A DNA stretch of 62,132 nucleotides, filler included, from Choristocarpus tenellus KU-1152 (GCA_964200185.2; 11 parts of 11 records of this genome joined end to end with filler, not necessarily neighbours in it); one strand, 5' to 3'. Positions 25,798 through 39,364 are shown, counted from the whole stretch's first letter. Translations and numbers: made by a program. Notes: generated by a model from the sequence alone, not told the origin.

Positions 25798-28700
25798 GTA
25801 TGTCCATGGGCTTGGTGGGTGAGTATATCGGAACAGATGAGATGGCGCCTAAAAAAATGTAAAAACATTGTGCAATATGCTCAAAGTGCTGATAATCAAT
25901 CAAATTGCAAGCCTGTCACGGCTGCAGATTGGAAACTGCTTTTTTCGATGTGCTCTGGAGGTTACCGTGTTGTTGTAAAAGTCAGAGACAACATTTGGGC
26001 GGTATGTTTGACCATGGTGGAATTTGTTCAGACTGCTGTCTGGAGCTGAGTTAGGTACCTGCCAACTCGAAAGGTCTGCTGCTGGTATTAAAATAGAGTA
26101 GATATTCTGACTATCAACAGAAAATTCGTACTTGCACCCAGCTTGTGCTGCGACCTGTAACCTCTCATCTCCAAATCATCATACCCCAATTTCTGGCAGA
26201 TGTGTGTTCTTGATTTATATATTTGGATCTTGTTCAGTTCTTTGAACACATGCACTAAAACCGCCATAATATATAATGAAACAAGAAAGCCGGTAGTGGA
26301 TAAGAAGATGTGTGACGTAGCTGTGCATTTCTAATTGAATTTAGAAAATTTATGGTATCACTTCAATTCTTGGGACGTGTATGGATTGAACCATGGCAAA
26401 TTGGTGGACTAACCGACATCTGTTGCAGTCTCAACATGTAGGTAGGGGGCTAGGTGAGCCAATATTTTATATGTTCAGATTAATGTGGAGACGGTTAATG
26501 ATGCCCTCTTGATCATAGTACAGAGGTGCGACATTCAGAAATACAGTTTCTGGAAACATAAGAGAGAGATTGCAAAGAGATATAGCAACACCATTTTGTC
26601 TAGCGAAATTTCGAAATATTTGAACGAATGCTAAGTTTGAAGTTAGGAAATGCAACACTACTTCGATTTTATTCACATTTTTTTTTAAGTTACCCATTCA
26701 AAAAGTGTTGTAGATAAGATATGTCATAGCAAAAAAAAACAGGATCAATCGAAACCGAATATTGAGGCACAAAATTCAATTGGTTATTTTCTCATGTTCG
26801 CGTGAGCAGGGCGCTCGGCGCTTTATACCCCTCAACTTGAGTGCTGTACACACGTTTCAAATGTAGTTGAATACATTGAACTTTCCTCAGCTGATTGAAA
26901 TTATAGTCGTAAATGCTTTCAATTTACAACACTCCTATTCCAAGTGTTTTTAGTAAGGGGGACGAGAGTTTGGGGATTCAAACGACCACATGAATAGTCT
27001 GGCCGTTTCTTGCAAACATGAATCAAAATCAGCATTTCGATACCTCTTGCTCAATTACATCATAGGCCTATATATCTGTGAGCAACAAGGCTCCCATTGT
27101 TAGTGCACTGTTAGTTTTTGCATGCGGCAAACTTGGTGGTGCCAACACATGCATTAACTCCAGTATATTGTGCATCCGATATTTTTCAAAGTTAGCACAC
27201 CAGTATCTTGGTAGACATCATTTTCTTGAGATATCTTGATGTCTTCTTTGGCAGCATCGTTCTACCTGTGCCACCACCATATCTGCAACCTTTCTGCATA
27301 TATAGAGACCCAAAGTATCTAGGGGAGGGGGGGGGGGCTATACCAGGGTGTTCATTTGGACCAAAATCAGGAAAAGTGCANNNNNNNNNNNNNNNNNNNN
27401 NNNNNNNNNNNNNNNNNNNNNNNNTTAATTAATTAANNNNNNNNNNNNNNNNNNNNNNNNNNNNNNNNNNNNNNNNNNNNTACAGCAATGTATACATTTC
27501 CGAGACATTCTACTACCTACCACTGCAAAAAAAGGGATATCAAAGATAACATTGGAAGAAACATAGATATACGAGAATATCTAGTGCTCGGACCAGTGGC
27601 GTTGCTCTATCTCTCAAAATATTTAGGAGTAGGTATTTTCAGGCATTACTTTCCTTTTGTCAAATACATCAGCCATTTTTTTTCTTACTACTTCAGTCTT
27701 TGTGATAACATCAAATGTTCAAATTTCGGTCTCAAAAATGATACAAGGTGCCTTGTTCAATACATACAAAAATGTCGCACAGAAGGAATCATTTAAACCT
27801 TTTTGTTGCTTACATTGCCATGAACATACACAGATACAACTGCAACTCCTGGTAGTAACTCACTCATTTGGGGTATTCAGCGCAACTACACAGCTATTAT
27901 ACACCTGGATTTCATTTCAAGAGTATAGGTCTATGCTGTTGGACGTGGATTCCATTGCCTTCCTGTGGTCCTTTCATATTAATATTGTTGAGCCTTTCAC
28001 ATATGAACGAAGGCAGGCAGGTGTCTATGAAGTCTCGTTGCAAGAAATCATAGTGCAATATAATATATATATATATATTGCTGTTGAGTGGCATGTACAT
28101 ACACTGAAAAAAAAAACTTCCAATATCTTGACCCAGTTTGCCATTTCGAACAAAGAGGATGCGGACACAAACTCCTTAAGATGTGTGTATCAAAAAGCAC
28201 GGCAGTGAAAATGATCATGTAGGGCGGTGACCCACCATCACCAAATAAATTATGGAGCAGCAATACATGCCTGACAGCTGGTACTACTTTATCATGAGGT
28301 TATGCACCAGTGTACTGACATTGCTCTGTTCTATTGTGCAGCCCACCGAGAACCTAAGAAATTGAAAGTCAGTCGAGAGGTATGGCATTATGACAAGTAG
28401 TACCAATATTGAGAGATCAATCCCACTTAGAGTAAGTACACTGTAAACTTGATATTCAGTATCCATCAGACCAGAAATCTGACCACGTGTTCGGTGTGTG
28501 ACGTGGTTCAAACTGAATCATAGATTCCACAAGCGTGGTGAATTTTGGAATTTCAGTCACCAGTCCCTTAAAAACTGGGCAAGATTGTTTTTGGCAAATA
28601 ATGCTTATTAGTAGGAACGTATGACAACAGTGGTACAATAAGCAAAACTCAAATACCGCAAAACTGTAGTTTCTCTCTTGTCATGACACCGGGTTACTTG

Positions 28701-30397
28701 CTTCCTGATGATCAAATTTTTGACCAAGCCTTCACTCACTACAGAAACTAGCTGGACAATCGTCTTTACAAAAAGGAACAATTTGATTCGACAAAACTAC
28801 CAAGAAAAAAAGAAAAAGAAGAGATATGATCATCCGAACTTTTGGGGTTATCTTACACTGCACAGGTTGTATTCTGTGTATAAATATGGAGAGTACAGTT
28901 GCTCTCGTAACACATTGTCACTGTGCAAAAAGCAGCACAACAAGTGTGACTCAGAACATGAAAAAAACTGCAGCAACAGCTGTTGCTCCTCATAGTTCAA
29001 GTCACTTCCAATTCCCATTAATCCGAATACAGGCATCCAACAGTAGGTACACGTATGTATGTATTTATATATATATAAAGCAACCTACTATGGGGATGTA
29101 AATAACCAGACGAAATGCTCTGTAGGCAGCAAATTAACACAACTCTGGCCTACAACCTCTACTCACACCCACCATACTACTTCAAAAATCAACACAAGAA
29201 GAACAATACACCTGACCATGGCGGTCGCAAGAGAGATTCAACGTTGGCTTCTTGATATATTACACACATCAGCTGAGGGGGGGAGGAGAGTCATCACAAA
29301 AGGAAGGCATTGCATTTTTAGGAAGGCTCAGATGGCACGAGTCAATGGCTCCACTGGAACTACTTTCAAATATGAACAAAATATTTATTTCTCGTGTGAT
29401 GCCCGCCAACGGGGTGTACAAACCTATAGGAAGTCTACAACATCACAACATACAAAGCATTATCAGGGGATAAACAACTCTCTGGGTCGTAGTGGAAAAC
29501 GTTCTGTCCCTCCTCCCCACTCCCGGCAGCAGCATCTGCAAGAAAGACATGTGCTGTTCCTCCAAATCACACTGTCTGAAGGAGAATGTCTGACTTAAAC
29601 CATGCCCCCTGAACACTCACATGTTCCTACAGTAAAACAAAGTTTGCCCTGGTTGGGTTGCACAACAGGAGGGAAAAGATTAGGAGAACGAGCAGGGGAA
29701 TATATCGTACAGATAATGGTCTGCCCTACTCAGCAAAAAAATACATCATAATACTCTTGCACTTGAAAGATGGGTAATACAGTAAATGCCCCCTCACCAC
29801 TACAAGAGCCTACTTTCGGCAGTCAAGTCACCCCCGAAGTCACATTTCCCCTCCATAGGACTCTGAAAGCAGGGCTTGATAGATTTCTGGGGTCATCAAT
29901 GTACGAAGGATTGGGGATATAGATGTATGACGTGGTGCACAGTTCTACTCCAGCATTTATTCACTTACTAGGACTCCCACCTAATTGCTCATGACCAGGA
30001 TGCCTCTCAAGACATGGCAGTAACACCGACCCTGTCTCCAATCCTTGACACCTAAGTTCACATCAAATCGAGACAAACAAAATGAAACCAGAACAGCAGG
30101 GCAACCATTAATTGAGGGGAACCCCCCCGCAGAGTGGGGGGGGGGGAGGGATACGACTAGGAAGATGAAGACATAAAGTAGAGAGAGAGAGCGAGAGAGT
30201 TAAAATGTGCCAAGAACACAGCACCCATTCCTTCTGAAAGGTAACAAAATCGGCCAATACATACACATCATGAAGAGAGAGAGAGGCAACTTACACCTGA
30301 AAATGTCCTGCCTACTCATGAGCTGCAAAAGCAGGGTACAACAGCACACTAAAAAACAACTTCCTAACGCCCTCTTACCCCAAAATGAAATAGTCAC

Positions 30398-32054
30398 CTG
30401 AACAGATGCTGAGCCCTGTACACCTCCCCCACCACCAGGTGCTGCCACAGCCGGGTGTGGCTGAGGCAACACTGTCACACGCAGTGGCTTGTGGCACAAT
30501 AAACTCCCACGAGGTGATGGACTTGTCCCAGCCTGCTGAGCTTCCCCCGGAGGTGACAAGGAACCAGGCGACCCTCCTTTCATGTCATCAAAACAGAAGG
30601 CACAATGAAGAGATGTCAGGGCATAATGAAGGGACCAAGATAGATCCAATATACATTGTTGTTGTCGCCATATATTGGTACAAAGGGACCCAAAGTATCT
30701 TGGGGGGGCGGGGGGGTCTACACCAGAGTGTCCATTTGGACCGAAATCAGGAAAAGCACATTTACACTATCCATCTGAAGTATGCAACCAAATCACCCAA
30801 AAATCGCGACATGAAAAATTTTACCCCAAGTGGACAGCCATCACCTCCCCCAGATACTTTGAGCTAAGGACTTGATATAAAGGGCACATATTGGACTGGG
30901 TATTTGTAACAGGGCCCAACCGCGACCCGTCCGGGAAGATCCATTTTGTTAGGGTCAAGTCAGGGCTGTCAGAAGTTCACGGGAGCATGCTGTAAGTCTG
31001 CTAAGTATTACTATATTTTTGTAAGGGCTGGGTCAGGGCTGTAAAAAAATTCTGGCAGGATCAGTCCGATCTCAGTATTGACCTGGCCACATACATGCAT
31101 GCATAAAAAGGATAACATGAAAAACATGAAATATGTAGGTATTATTGTACTAGAATACAACCGAATATAAATATATATATATATATATATATATTTATCC
31201 ATGTGCTCAATCAGGCAGTATTCATTTTCCGACTTATTCACATGATTTTCATGCATTGAAAGTCAAGGAAGAAAATGGTGCACTGAGTCCCATAATCTAT
31301 TCTCAGGTCAACAAACACGACCCCTGCTATCTAAAACATAAAAAACGGAATATATACACACTCTCGAAATCTTCCTACCATCAAAGTAAGTGAAAGTGGA
31401 AGCCCCAAGAAGTTGAGATCATAACATGCCTCACAAATCATGCAGTCACAATCTGTTGCTACATCAGGTACTGCAATTTCACCCCCCTCCGCCCTTTTAA
31501 CCTTTCAACTAACGCAGCAGGAGAGCCAACAATGCTTCTTTTTACATAGCGCCAATTGATTGGAAGCAGAAATCACATCTACCACACCAACTTACCTACC
31601 AGTCCAAGTTTTTAACAAAGTTAACACACCAAATGACCAAATGCCTACATCAACACACACACACAACTAATAGCAATATAACTATGCTGGAAAAAATTCG
31701 AGCTCCAACACTGCAGGGAATAGGATACACCTAGGCAGGTGGAAATAGGAGAGAGGATCAAAGCTCATCCGTTCTCAAACAAGCTGCTGCTAAAGAGCAA
31801 CACCGTGCATGTAGATGTGAGATTGTGTATGTGAGATTGTGTATTTGAGTGATAATAGCAAGACTCGTAACAACCAGTAAGGCTTGTCCATCAGTTGCTC
31901 AAAAAACTCACCAGCCACCACCTCATCTTCATCTGGGTCATTGGGGACCCTGCACCAGCACTTGAAACCAACCATGAATTCACCCGGGGACAAGAAGCAT
32001 GCCATCAGACCATGGCACGCCGAGGCCTCAGGGGGCACTTGCTTGAGCCTTTGC
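30398..32054 (-). CDS. Partial spliced gene resembling the C-terminus of TRAPP II subunit TRAPPC9/Trs120
   Basis: Exons 31912-32054 and 30398-30576 join in phase 1: RLKQVPPEASACHGLMACFLSPGEFMVGFKCWC...LLCHKPLRVTV. This resembles the final beta-sandwich of TRAPPC9 as I recall it; not verified by search. Confidence 0.5.
30687..30865 (+). mobile_element. MITE family A
   Basis: Both termini present; AAGG duplicated on the flanks. Confidence 0.9.
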
Positions 32055-33023
32055 CTGAAAAGCAAAAACAAACCAGGCAAAAAAATGGGTACACAGGTGA
32101 AAGGCTACGCAGGCTAAGGTCATGTCATGTTCAAAAATGCAAAAGAGAGAGAGAGCATATCAAGCCCTGAAAACTCTCCACCAACCCCCCCCCCCCCCCC
32201 CCACCCACACCCNNNNNNNNNNNNNNNNNNNNNNNNNNNNNNNNNNNNNNNNNNNNTTAATTAATTAANNNNNNNNNNNNNNNNNNNNNNNNNNNNNNNN
32301 NNNNNNNNNNNNAGAACAGAACATGAATCAACGAACACATCTGGTACATGATATCACACATCAGCAACACAAACAGACACAACTAAAGTAACATAATAAT
32401 TCAGTCCGTACCCCATCACCCGCTCTACCTCCTTTTACATACTCCACCAGTGGTGTTTTTAGTGAGCTAGCAATACTGTTTATGAACAGTATGCAGAAAC
32501 TGTATGCCCCTAAGTCTCAAATCTCACTTCCCGAAAAGGAAAACAAAATGCTCAAGCAGTACTTCTACTCTCAAACAGTACCTATACTGCCCTACCATCA
32601 ATGTAAATATTGTTTTTTGGGGGTCTACGTGAATTCTTGGAAATCAGCTAATCATCCACTGTCCTATAGCAGCCCCTGCGAACACATTATTGGGCACTTT
32701 CTCCTGTGGTCATCAACATCACCCAAAGTTGCTTCTTCCACATCATTAACGAAGTCGTCCTAGAATAATGCCATACGTGAGCCTCTGGAACAAGTAGCAT
32801 GACTCGACTGCCTCGCAAACCCAGTGTTCTATCATATACTACTTCAACTATCCCCAACCTAGATAACTCTAATGCCTACAACCAATCTTCACACTACGTC
32901 ACAGTCACCACTCAACGGTGGGTGTGCACTCAAAATCCAAGACATTATTTACAACAATATGCAAGAGGGAAAGAAAACAAAGAAATGTGAAACACTCAGA
33001 GTTGGAAAACGTTTGAATCACCA

Positions 33024-33283
33024 TATTGAGCCAAAGTAAACGAGGCGTACCCAGAGTTGTGGTTTAAGGATGCTGACAGACGTGTGCAAAGTTCGACTTT
33101 TTTTACAAATGCTTATAGGAACTTTTCTGAATTCTGTCGAAATGTAAGAAAAAGAGAAACAAATCTTAGATCAATCTTATAAGTCATCCATAGAAATACG
33201 GGTGAATTGCGAAAGATTGAAAAACTGTCTTTAAATGCAAAACGGCCAAACCTAGATATCCTCTCCTTTATTTTGGCTGAGTA
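33024..33283. mobile_element. Putative TA-flanked MITE with diverged TIRs
   Basis: TATTGAGCCAAAGTAAA at the left end versus reverse complement TACTCAGCCAAAATAAA at the right end; single copy in the window. Confidence 0.4.
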
Positions 33284-33478
33284 TGTGATAGAGCTCAATG
33301 TTGCAGGATGCGTTTCAATTCTAACTGGACATGAGGAAAGAAATCAACACAAAGAGAGGAAAGGGTGGCTTCAAAAAATCTTCCAACTCATCTAGTATAT
33401 GAACCAGGCTGCCCACCTGCTGCGAATGAGAGGGAAGGAGGAAGTTGTTGCATTAACAATTGCTTGCCTCCCTGGCTG

Positions 33479-33512
<34 letters not shown>

Positions 33513-33599
33513 ATTTCTCTTTCATCCGTGTGGTGAAGAGGATATTCGTTTTTTCATAAATATAACCCATACACCTGTTGCATCTACCAATACTGTCAT

Positions 33600-33990
33600 A
33601 TACTTCCCTAAGACTCTGATTGGCACTCTTGTGCCTGGTGTGGTCTAGGTCAGGTTTCCACACATCGTAGTACATAGCCTCTGCCTTGACCCTTCTTACC
33701 AGTCTTACCACCAGCCCGTCGGGCAACACGTGCATGGTCACTTGAACCAGTTCCTTTCATATTTGGTCCAGCTGGTCGTAGATCCTTGAACCTCGTCAAC
33801 ACCATGTCTTCCACCTGTTTAGGCAATTTGATACCCCCCAACTTGACAAACTCTTGATTTGAGAGTACTTCTCTCTCAGCTTGTTGAGTATGGTGGCAAC
33901 CCCGGCTTCATTGCTTGTGACCTCTACCATGGATTCCAGCCTCAAAGTCAACTACAGACAGTTCAGTAAGCCCCAGTGAATGGTCCCTCC
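33600..33990 (-). pseudogene. Decayed copy of the same Copia-type gag
   Basis: KQVEDMVLTRFKDL..GTGSSDHARVA aligns with QDVEKMVVARFKDL..TTGSSHALIA in the 53128-54273 copy. Confidence 0.75.
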
Positions 33991-34064
33991 TGTCATGGAA
34001 TGAGAGGTGGTTCAGCTTTTGTTGCACGTGTCTGACTTCCTGTCGAGTGTTAAATATGAATACT

Positions 34065-34200
34065 GAGTCAAAGCATTTAAGAGGGTAGGGCCGCGTCCGT
34101 TTGGGGTCACACATCCAATGTTTCGATTTTGATGAATTTTTGGCTATCATGTTTGTTAGGAAGTGTCAAATCCTTGCTCTATTCACACCTTTTCACTTTT
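34065..34200 (+). mobile_element. MITE family B, 5' half
   Basis: Matches the family B 5' half. Another internal fragment lies at 21201-21247. Confidence 0.7.
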
Positions 34201-34282
34201 TTGGATGTCTTGATACTGATGAAGATAATGCGCGCAGTCATACACATCTGCGCGCGCTACGTTTTGTCATTGAGGTCATAGG

Positions 34283-34590
34283 AGGTGATGGGGTGTTGGT
34301 TACACGCACTACATAACCTCGACATGAACAGCCGATATTGTGTTTTCTGTTCTAACTGGTCGCGACCAATTTCGGTCGAGATTGATCCGTATGGCACCCC
34401 AAGGCTGTCAACACACGCTCAGCATGCCTCAGTCCCATCTCTCACTTCCTTTCTGAACCTCATCTCTATTAGTTTCTCATCGTCCCCCATCGCACAGAAC
34501 CATACCCCATACCAGTGGTACTCAAGTCGAGGCTCGAACTCGAGTCCTCGGCTCCAAAAGAGGACCGAAATATTGAACAAATAAGTGAAC
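34283..34590 (-). mobile_element. Candidate tRNA(Gln-like)-derived SINE, full length
   Basis: A 75-nt tRNA-shaped head (34516-34590) with a perfect T-arm and terminal CCA, followed by a ~230-bp body that recurs at 34621-34848 (+) and 44066-44297 (+). Confidence 0.65.
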
Positions 34591-34620
34591 ATCCTTAAGA
34601 TACAACTCTTGTATCTATTA

Positions 34621-34848
34621 GGGGTGTGGTTCTGTGTGATGGGGGGCGATGAGAACCAGCAGAGATGAGGTTCAGAAAGGAAGTGACAGATGAGACAGAG
34701 GCATGTTATGTGTATGTTGACTGGATCTTGCCGTACGTATCAATCTTCACTGCGATTGGTTGTGACCAGTCAGAATAGAAAACACATTGTTGTGGTTCAT
34801 GTCGAGGTTACCGCGAGCCGGTCGTGTGTCTTACCCACACTACATCAC
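34621..34848 (+). mobile_element. SINE body copy lacking the tRNA head
   Basis: GAGATGAGGTTCAGAAAGGAAGTGA core and GAGCCGGTCGTGTGTCT...CACTACATCAC tail. Confidence 0.65.
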
Positions 34849-34971
34849 TTGAACTGCCCTAAATCACAAAATGTCACACCCATAATGTATATACTAATGA
34901 ACATATTATCCTCATCAGTCACAACATCTCCAAAATTGCGATTTGTTCATGACATATTTTGCGTTTACTTT

Positions 34972-35045
34972 CATTGTAATCATTGTAATAATTGTGATCA
35001 TTGTGATCATTGTGATCATTGCGATCATTGTGATTATTATGATGA
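34972..35045. repeat. 9-bp minisatellite (CATTGTGAT)n within an AT-rich low-complexity tract
   Basis: About eight imperfect units; they generate the spurious CDH/IIV ORFs. Confidence 0.9.
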
Positions 35046-35750
35046 TTGATACCACTACTCTAACAGAATATTTCAATATTTATTATGTATTTATGAATAT
35101 TATGATTACTTTGAATATTATGATTATGATTCTTACGATTCTTACGATTTTTGTGATGATATTTTTCACTTTCAATATTAGGACTAATATGACGATCATG
35201 ATGATGGATCAGTATTATTTTTGAGGTTTATTGGAAGATATTGAATATATTGAAGTTTTCAACACCCACGTTTCTTCGACAAAGGAGGAAGGTGTTACTC
35301 ATTAAAGGGAGAAGAACCTCTGCATGGTGGAGGAATATAAATCTTACTGTCATCTACTGTACCCATTGCAATTTGTTCTTGAAGTATGGTTTTTTGTATT
35401 TAGCATATTTGTTCTCGACACATTTACTAACGATGTATACTGATACTCGTCGAATATCTGTTTTGATTAGATAAGTGTGTTTTGCAATCAATACAGAGAT
35501 TTCTCTTCAACATATTTCTTTACCCTCCCTTCTCTTTGACCAGTTGTAACAGTGGATTTTAAAAATTGAGGATGGAGCGTACTATTGAGGATGGTTTTGA
35601 CNNNNNNNNNNNNNNNNNNNNNNNNNNNNNNNNNNNNNNNNNNNNTTAATTAATTAANNNNNNNNNNNNNNNNNNNNNNNNNNNNNNNNNNNNNNNNNNN
35701 NTCTCTCCAAACAAATACCATGCTGTTGCCCTCTTTTGTCATTGTGGTAG

Positions 35751-35895
35751 GTATCCCTTCCCAAGCCCAGAGGAAGATGAAACCACCTTGCCAGAATATG
35801 ATGTCAAGGGCCATGGAGTTCCGGGGCGTGTCTTTAACAGCAACCTGCGTACTCCTGATGTGCCTGAGCCGATGGAATCGACAGTATCCAAATAG
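35751..35895 (+). CDS. Putative terminal exon of an unidentified gene
   Basis: Pyrimidine tract + TAG acceptor, then the open frame YPFPSPEEDETTLPEYDVKGHGVPGRVFNSNLRTPDVPEPMESTVSK* with coding-like composition. Upstream exons are lost in the gap. Confidence 0.4.
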
Positions 35896-38357
35896 AAACA
35901 GTCCAAACCTCTCGTAAGATACCGGTTTTGTTTGCCTATCCCTTCATGTGTGGCCTGTCTCAAGCAGTGCTCATGGGTAGTGCTGTGGGTAGATATATGG
36001 GTTTGAGGTGGTGGCAGTAAAGCAGTACCTAAGCAAGTATTTTTTCTTGGTTGACATCTCCCTATTAGGGAAAAGGAGAAAGAAATGAGGGGAGAGGGGG
36101 GGGGCTCAGGGGAGGAAATATGAGACCCATTGTCCTTGTCACCTTTGGTTGTTGTCTGTTGGGTTTCTTGATTTTCTGGATCCTAAGAACTGGTTGGGTG
36201 TCGAAATTTTGGCTGGGGTTCATGCCCTAGGCTGGGCACAGCAGGACCAGGTCTTGCTGCAGTAATCCTTGCAGGCGTGTGAAGGCAACCATTTGCAAGG
36301 GATGATAAGGGAAGGTGGAAATGTTACTTACAGAGAGGCAGGTTGTCCATTACTTCTGTCGTGACTAATATAGGTTCATTTTGTAGTCACAAACTCCAAT
36401 AATAGTTTATGGGGAAATGAGGAGAGATTGCAAGGAAAAATGCAAACATTCCATCTTCAAGTATGCTCCTATCCCAAGCTTGTTCCATTGATTAGTGATA
36501 TTTCTCTTGGAACTCAACTATTCTATTTCCGGTTTTATTGGAAGAAGAGGACCATAATGAATGGTAATAATAATATCGGTGCTCAAGACTCCAGGCAATT
36601 GCTGAGAGTTGAAAATATCCTGTCAGTGGGGGTTGGTGGAGGTGGTGATATGATGGGACTTTGATTTCACATTGTCTTACAACAGACACTAATGCTGCTC
36701 TCTCTTTGCTGATATTGACTAACAGTGGTGTGATGTCCTATAGCATTTATAAGTGACAACTGTGTGTTCACTCTTGTAAGGGGATCATCTATGCTTTGTT
36801 ACGTAGGTCTGGCATGTGATATTTTCTGGAGTGACCAAGAAGAGGTCATTCTAAGGCGATTCCAGAGGTTAATAGAAAGTACTTACTTTTTACCCAGGCA
36901 CAACTGGTTTCGACAAAACATTTGACTTTTCTAATTGTGGCAATTATCGTAGTGTGTACCGTACACGGGGTTTCACAACGTGCTCATGGTGAGAAAAAAA
37001 TGCATAATAGGATCGGTTCTTGCCGCCATCAGTTAACTGACGACATGCATAGACCTATGTTCCACAGTTACATGCCGTTCTGTTCTCATGTCCGAGTTTC
37101 TTTTAAACAAGAAACAAAACTAGATACGATTGCCCCACATGGAAGTGCCTACGTCATCTCTCAACAGCTCATAAATCCAAGTACCAACACAAACCAGTTG
37201 GTAGAGTAGGGTTTGGAGAACACTCCTTACCCTCGTCTAGAACTTGAGTTTTAGTGGCAGGGGATGATGTTGACCAGAGAGGAGAAGCGAAGATAGTAGT
37301 GTGCTCTGTAGATCGAGATCTTAACGCATACTAGAGGAGGTAGATATTTGCCGACCTTGTTTACTACATACTCCAGAGCACAATTTCTTACATGTATGGA
37401 TGGAATGGATCACCACTTTCAAGTCACTGTCCTTTGCTTCAATCTTGCTGAGACCTCACCCACCCGTCCCTATGTAGAAGCAAACCTGTACTACTACACT
37501 GTATGGTATAGGAGAAGTCTAGCTCCCTCTACCACGGATTGCTGCTTTATATGTGATAGTTTTGTACGTATTATGTGTTCACCTTTAGAAATAAGTACAA
37601 CGGATCCTCCTTTTTGTTTTGTTTTTGTTGTATTTCTACCTTATGTCCCTTCTTGTTCCCTGTATCAGAAAAATATTGGTCCTGGCAGTCGTACTTAGAA
37701 CTTCGAAGTATATAGTGTACAACTAACAATAAATTTCTTCAAAGAAGCATATTAAATGCAAAAGGCAGAGCAGGCAGTGGTTCAACATGCAACACATATA
37801 TCCATACTACTTGTAGCAATAATAGAGGTATTTATTCTGTGTAGTGGCTCATCATGTGTATTATGTAGTGGGTGGTAGAGGGGCTGAGGGCATATTTGTC
37901 GGAAAGGGGCATTGAAGACAATCGTGCGACAATGGGGTCTGTACCTGCTTAAAAAATAAGCTCCAGGTGTGTCATGCATTTTCATCTGGAGACACTGGCA
38001 GGTCTGTGGGCTAGACTACGATTGACTGGAACTCATCGCACCCTTCCCTCTTTGCTTCTAGACCGTGTTCATAGTGTCAGTTTCGGAGGAACAGTTTCAA
38101 CTATAGAAATACATCGTACATGACTCAGTAGTTTTCTTGTTTTGTTGCTCTCAAACACACTACAACTCTTGGTATGCATCCGAAGGACTTCCCATAAGAA
38201 ATACAGACTATACTGTTGTTGGGTTGTATTCTTTATTTTTTCCCTACATGGCAACGTCTACTACAATATCTGGAAAATGCCAGTAAGCAAAATAATAAAT
38301 GTGTTACGCTCCAAAGTAGTATTATTTTGTTCTCTTTTGTCAGTTTGCCACTCGTAC

Positions 38358-38841
38358 CTTTACAATAATAAATAGTACTACCTCTGTGCCATAAGTTTGT
38401 GCCGCAAAACATCTGGGCTCGCCGAGCGAGAACAGCGCCGAATCGGACGATAACCCCTAAGAATGAAATCGGGTTGACAATGTCAGCTTTCAGAAAGAGT
38501 GGAGGTCGAGGATCATAAGGTACAAACTCAAGGTGCTTCCAGCCGTCAAAGTAGGGGTCTTTTGTGTTGATTTTGAGACCAGAACCAGTCACGCCAAGGG
38601 TCAGAACTTCAGCATAGCAATCCCCCAGTCGACCCCCCTGCGTAGGAAGGGTGCCCAAGTGTCCGTGAATATCAGGGTTGAGCTTGCAGTGTGCCACGCA
38701 CTCGCAATGGGCCCTGGTGAGCATTAACTGCAATGACACATTGGGCTGGCCCTCGCAGCGGAGTTTGGAGTGTTCAAGCGTTCTATGCAAGGGCTCTGGG
38801 AGGACGTCGGCGATCGGCTCGCCCGTGGCCACACCCTTGAC
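38358..38841 (-). CDS. Putative internal exon (~160 aa) of an unidentified protein
   Basis: GC-rich open frame VKGVATGEPIADVLPEPLHRTLEHSKL...KDPYFDGWKHLEFVPYDPRPPLFLKADIVNP..., with a CTCCTAG acceptor at 38842 and GT donors at 38357 or 38381. Confidence 0.55.
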
Positions 38842-39364
38842 CTAGGAGGGTGCAGGAAGGTGTGTTTTACAAGCTGTTTTTCTGGTTTACTTGAGCTCTA
38901 CTGTTGTGCTGATTGTGACATTCAAATGAGATAATGTCCACTTCTTGTATAGTAGTGTTTCCTTTTGTCCCAGTTTGAGTCCTGCTTGTGATAATTTCCA
39001 TGCGGTCTTTTGTATGGTGTGATACATTGGGAAGACATTTCTTGTGTCTGTATCTAATGTTGGTCCCTACAGAGGGAGATATAGAGCTTCACTACCTTAT
39101 TTTTCTATTTAGTCTCTTTGATAGAAGCTAAGGTAATATGCACGACATCACACTAGGCAGTCTTTCTCACTCTCACATGTTTGTTCTTAAACTTTTGACT
39201 ATTTGCAGAATCACGAGGACAAGGTGGTAAAGAACCAGCCTTGCCTNNNNNNNNNNNNNNNNNNNNNNNNNNNNNNNNNNNNNNNNNNNNTTAATTAATT
39301 AANNNNNNNNNNNNNNNNNNNNNNNNNNNNNNNNNNNNNNNNNNNNTTTTTTAAGCTCCTCCAG

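Noticed and set aside
29212-30322. Further small minus-strand exons downstream of the TRAPPC9-like exons
   Set aside because: Candidate splice sites exist but no consistent phase chain could be built.
34516-34590. Functional tRNA-Gln gene
   Set aside because: The D-arm/A box and acceptor stem are degenerate and the anticodon loop has an insertion; treated as a SINE head instead.
34690-35224. CDHCDH metal-binding-like and IIVIIV membrane-like ORFs
   Set aside because: By-products of a 9-bp minisatellite and an AT-rich low-complexity tract.
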